A stretch of DNA of 28,829 nucleotides. Origin: a virus. Taxonomy: Duplodnaviria > Caudoviricetes. The number at the start of each line of letters is the position of its first letter. Position 1 is the first letter of the stretch. The position numbers and the translations under genes are program-made. Under the pieces are notes generated by a model, which saw nothing but the letters and a program-made list of their open reading frames with translations, did not search any database and was not told the DNA's origin. Of this stretch, positions 27,124 to 28,829 are shown in pieces. The stretch covers positions 1 to 28,829 of the IMG/VR virus record IMGVR_UViG_3300009678_000121. One strand, 5' to 3'.

Positions 27124-28023
27124 ATGTCTTTTTACAAATTCGATTCAGAAGATATTATTAACACCCACATACTCACTTATCCGTCTTATATTGTTGAATT
27201 AAATGGTGATGCTGTTACTGGTAGTGTTTATCTAGAAAAGCAATATCTCACTAATGCTCTCTTGACAAGAAGATTTCAAGGATTTTCTGACAAGGAGGGT
27301 GGATTTGTTCAGGCTGATGGACCTTTTACTAGTTCTATTGATATTGTAGACGCCGAATCTGGCGCCACGAATAAAGAATTGTTTAGGTCTATTTTGAGTT
27401 TGTATAACTATTACAGTCTCATTGACACACAATACACATCCAGTTTTACAGGATCGGAATCAACTAGATTTCGAGTTATTACGGTTCCAGAAATTTATTA
27501 CGATAGAGAGATTTTGACTGGATCATTTACAGCTTCGGATTTAGATTCTGCTGGCAACCAAAGAATTTTGTATGATAACGCCCGAGGCGGCATTTATAGC
27601 GGTTCTCTTTCTGATACTATTGTTGGAAATATTTTCTATTCAGAAGGTTTAGTTATTCTGAAAGGTGGAGGATTGAATACAGAATCTCCATCAAATGATT
27701 TTGGCGAAGTGTCCCCAACTAACTTCAAGTGGAGAGTGAGTTTCAAAGGAACTCATAAAATTCCTGTTAAAATATTCAGATGTAGAGCGAAAATTGGAGA
27801 ATTGAATGCATCCACTAATCCAACCTATTTTCAATTTTTAACTGGAACTACTGATGCTCACAGAAATGAAAAAGAAATTGTCATGAATCCGTCCACGACC
27901 TACATTACTGCAATAGGTTTGTATAACGATGACTACGATCTTGTGGGTTTGGCAAAACTAGCTCAACCAATCAAAAAAGAGGAACAAGAGGATATTCTTT
28001 TTAGGCTTCGCCTGGATTTTTAA
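27124..28023 (+). CDS. Virion/baseplate structural protein; paralog of 26102..27112
   Basis: GGTGA SD-like sequence upstream. Contains 'VGNIFYSEGLV', 'FRCRAKIGELNASTNPTY' and 'YITAIGLYNDDYDLVGLAKLAQPIKK...FRLRLDF'. Confidence 0.8.
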   Translation: MSFYKFDSEDIINTHILTYPSYIVELNGDAVTGSVYLEKQYLTNALLTRRFQGFSDKEGGFVQADGPFTSSIDIVDAESGATNKELFRSILSLYNYYSLIDTQYTSSFTGSESTRFRVITVPEIYYDREILTGSFTASDLDSAGNQRILYDNARGGIYSGSLSDTIVGNIFYSEGLVILKGGGLNTESPSNDFGEVSPTNFKWRVSFKGTHKIPVKIFRCRAKIGELNASTNPTYFQFLTGTTDAHRNEKEIVMNPSTTYITAIGLYNDDYDLVGLAKLAQPIKKEEQEDILFRLRLDF

Positions 28024-28571
28024 TGATTGTTGGTATTGATATTTCAACATCTTGTACTGGAATTTGCCTCCTGAATGATGACGGAACTCTTCACTCCATT
28101 CATCACGTTGAACTAAAGAAAGAGAAAAACTTTTACAAGAAGGTGGATATGGTCATTCATTTTCTTGATAGTCAACTTCAACTTTTATCACCTGATATCC
28201 GTTTTTATATTGAAGCACCATTGTTGATGTTCAAGATGCGGTCGAGTATGGCTTCAACCATAGCTCTATTGCAGAAATTTAACGCTTGCGTGTGTTATGG
28301 AATATATTGTGCATACAGGCTTCAACCAAAATTGATAAGTGTTATAAGCGCTCGTAAAGCGTTAGGCATCTCTATCCCAAAAAAGACCAAAAAGAAGGAT
28401 TCAAAGCATATGGTCTTTGAACAAGTTCGTGCCAGAAAGGCTATTCCCGAGTCCACTTGGATATACAAAAAAACTGGCAGACCGAAGGATTGGTGTTATG
28501 ATAGAGCAGACGCCTACGTAATAGCGAGGGCTGCTTATGAAGAAGAAAATCGTCAGGCGCAAAAAGCCTGA
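28023..28571 (+). CDS. ruvC: RuvC-like Holliday junction resolvase (RNase H fold)
   Basis: Catalytic motifs 'IVGIDISTSCTGICLL', 'FYIEAP', 'ARKALG...K' and 'DRADAYVIA'. Confidence 0.85.
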   Translation: MIVGIDISTSCTGICLLNDDGTLHSIHHVELKKEKNFYKKVDMVIHFLDSQLQLLSPDIRFYIEAPLLMFKMRSSMASTIALLQKFNACVCYGIYCAYRLQPKLISVISARKALGISIPKKTKKKDSKHMVFEQVRARKAIPESTWIYKKTGRPKDWCYDRADAYVIARAAYEEENRQAQKA

Positions 28572-28725
28572 TTATCTCCCGATCGATATCATGGTCGGTG
28601 ATCCGAAGCAGTTTCAGATTGACTTTGAGCTGGTAGATGATGTAAAATGCGAGTGCGGCTCTGAGAAAACTTTCGGGAAGAATACTGCGCACTCTTCCTG
28701 GTGTCCAAAATTTAAGAAGGCTTAA
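28537..28725 (+). CDS. Small putative zinc-binding protein
   Basis: 62 aa with 'CECGSEKTFGKNTAHSSWCP' (C-x-C...H-x3-C). It fills the gap between RuvC and the next gene and ends in a TAATG junction. Confidence 0.65.
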   Translation: MKKKIVRRKKPDYLPIDIMVGDPKQFQIDFELVDDVKCECGSEKTFGKNTAHSSWCPKFKKA

Positions 28726-28829
28726 TGTCTTCAAAACTTGAATTTTTAGAAAAACTGCTCGGCAAGTGTAAGTACAGCCATAACACCAAAGAAGCCGAAT
28801 TCTATTGTTGTTTTTGCTTTCATCACAAG
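28725..28829 (+). CDS. Probable DNA primase, N-terminal zinc-finger; 3'-truncated (absent from the ORF track)
   Basis: MSSKLEFLEKLLGKCKYSHNTKEAEFYCCFCFHHK runs open to the window end. CxxC-xHH resembles the start of phage primase zinc-binding domains, and the gene sits next to RuvC. Confidence 0.6.
   Translation, partial: MSSKLEFLEKLLGKCKYSHNTKEAEFYCCFCFHHK

Noticed and set aside
28014-28025. G GAT TTT heptamer in phase for a -1 frameshift that would fuse the last virion protein to RuvC
   Set aside because: I see no stimulatory hairpin. The paralog ends at the equivalent residue (RLSY vs RLDF), and the junction is an ordinary TAATG like eleven others. Probably coincidence.
849-28734. Numerous minus-strand and nested plus-strand ORFs of 60-144 aa in the ORF track
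   Set aside because: All lie within long, motif-bearing plus-strand genes, show no recognisable motifs and look like shadow ORFs.
1-28829. Stop-codon reassignment (no main gene ends in TAG)
   Set aside because: Genes tile the window fully under code 11 with no in-frame TAG or TGA interruptions. TAG rarity is normal in AT-rich phages.
1-28829. tRNA, ncRNA, introns, inteins or intrinsic terminators
   Set aside because: The largest intergenic gap is 28 nt. I recognised no cloverleaf, hairpin-plus-U-tract, homing endonuclease or intein motifs.

Overview
The window is a densely packed, entirely plus-strand, AT-rich segment of a large tailed bacteriophage with a contractile-tail-type baseplate (myovirus morphology inferred). 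It opens with a 5'-truncated sigma-factor-like gene and two small hypothetical genes. A ~26.7 kb baseplate/adhesin module follows: gp5/gpV-like spike, a three-repeat small protein, gp25, gp6, a DNRLRE-like protein, a 1878-aa gp7/gpI-like protein with two LamG domains and two Asp-box beta-propellers, two more propeller proteins, an inserted HEXXH lipoprotein, a Peptidase_S74 tail fibre, four FN3-type proteins and two pairs of paralogous virion proteins. It ends with a RuvC-like resolvase, a small Cys/His protein and the start of a probable DNA primase. The most interesting signals are: (1) strong [S/T]-G-S and [S/T]-A-S enrichment confined to peripheral virion proteins, a candidate modification sequon; (2) an apparently split tail-collar (DUF3751/P2 gpH N-terminal-like) domain, with two N-half genes and two C-half genes; (3) a metallopeptidase-like lipoprotein between the adhesin genes; (4) four related beta-propellers; (5) a TA(A/C)TTA candidate late promoter; (6) 12 TAATG stop/start junctions; (7) apparent absence of CCGG. 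All family assignments come from motif recognition by eye, with no database searches.
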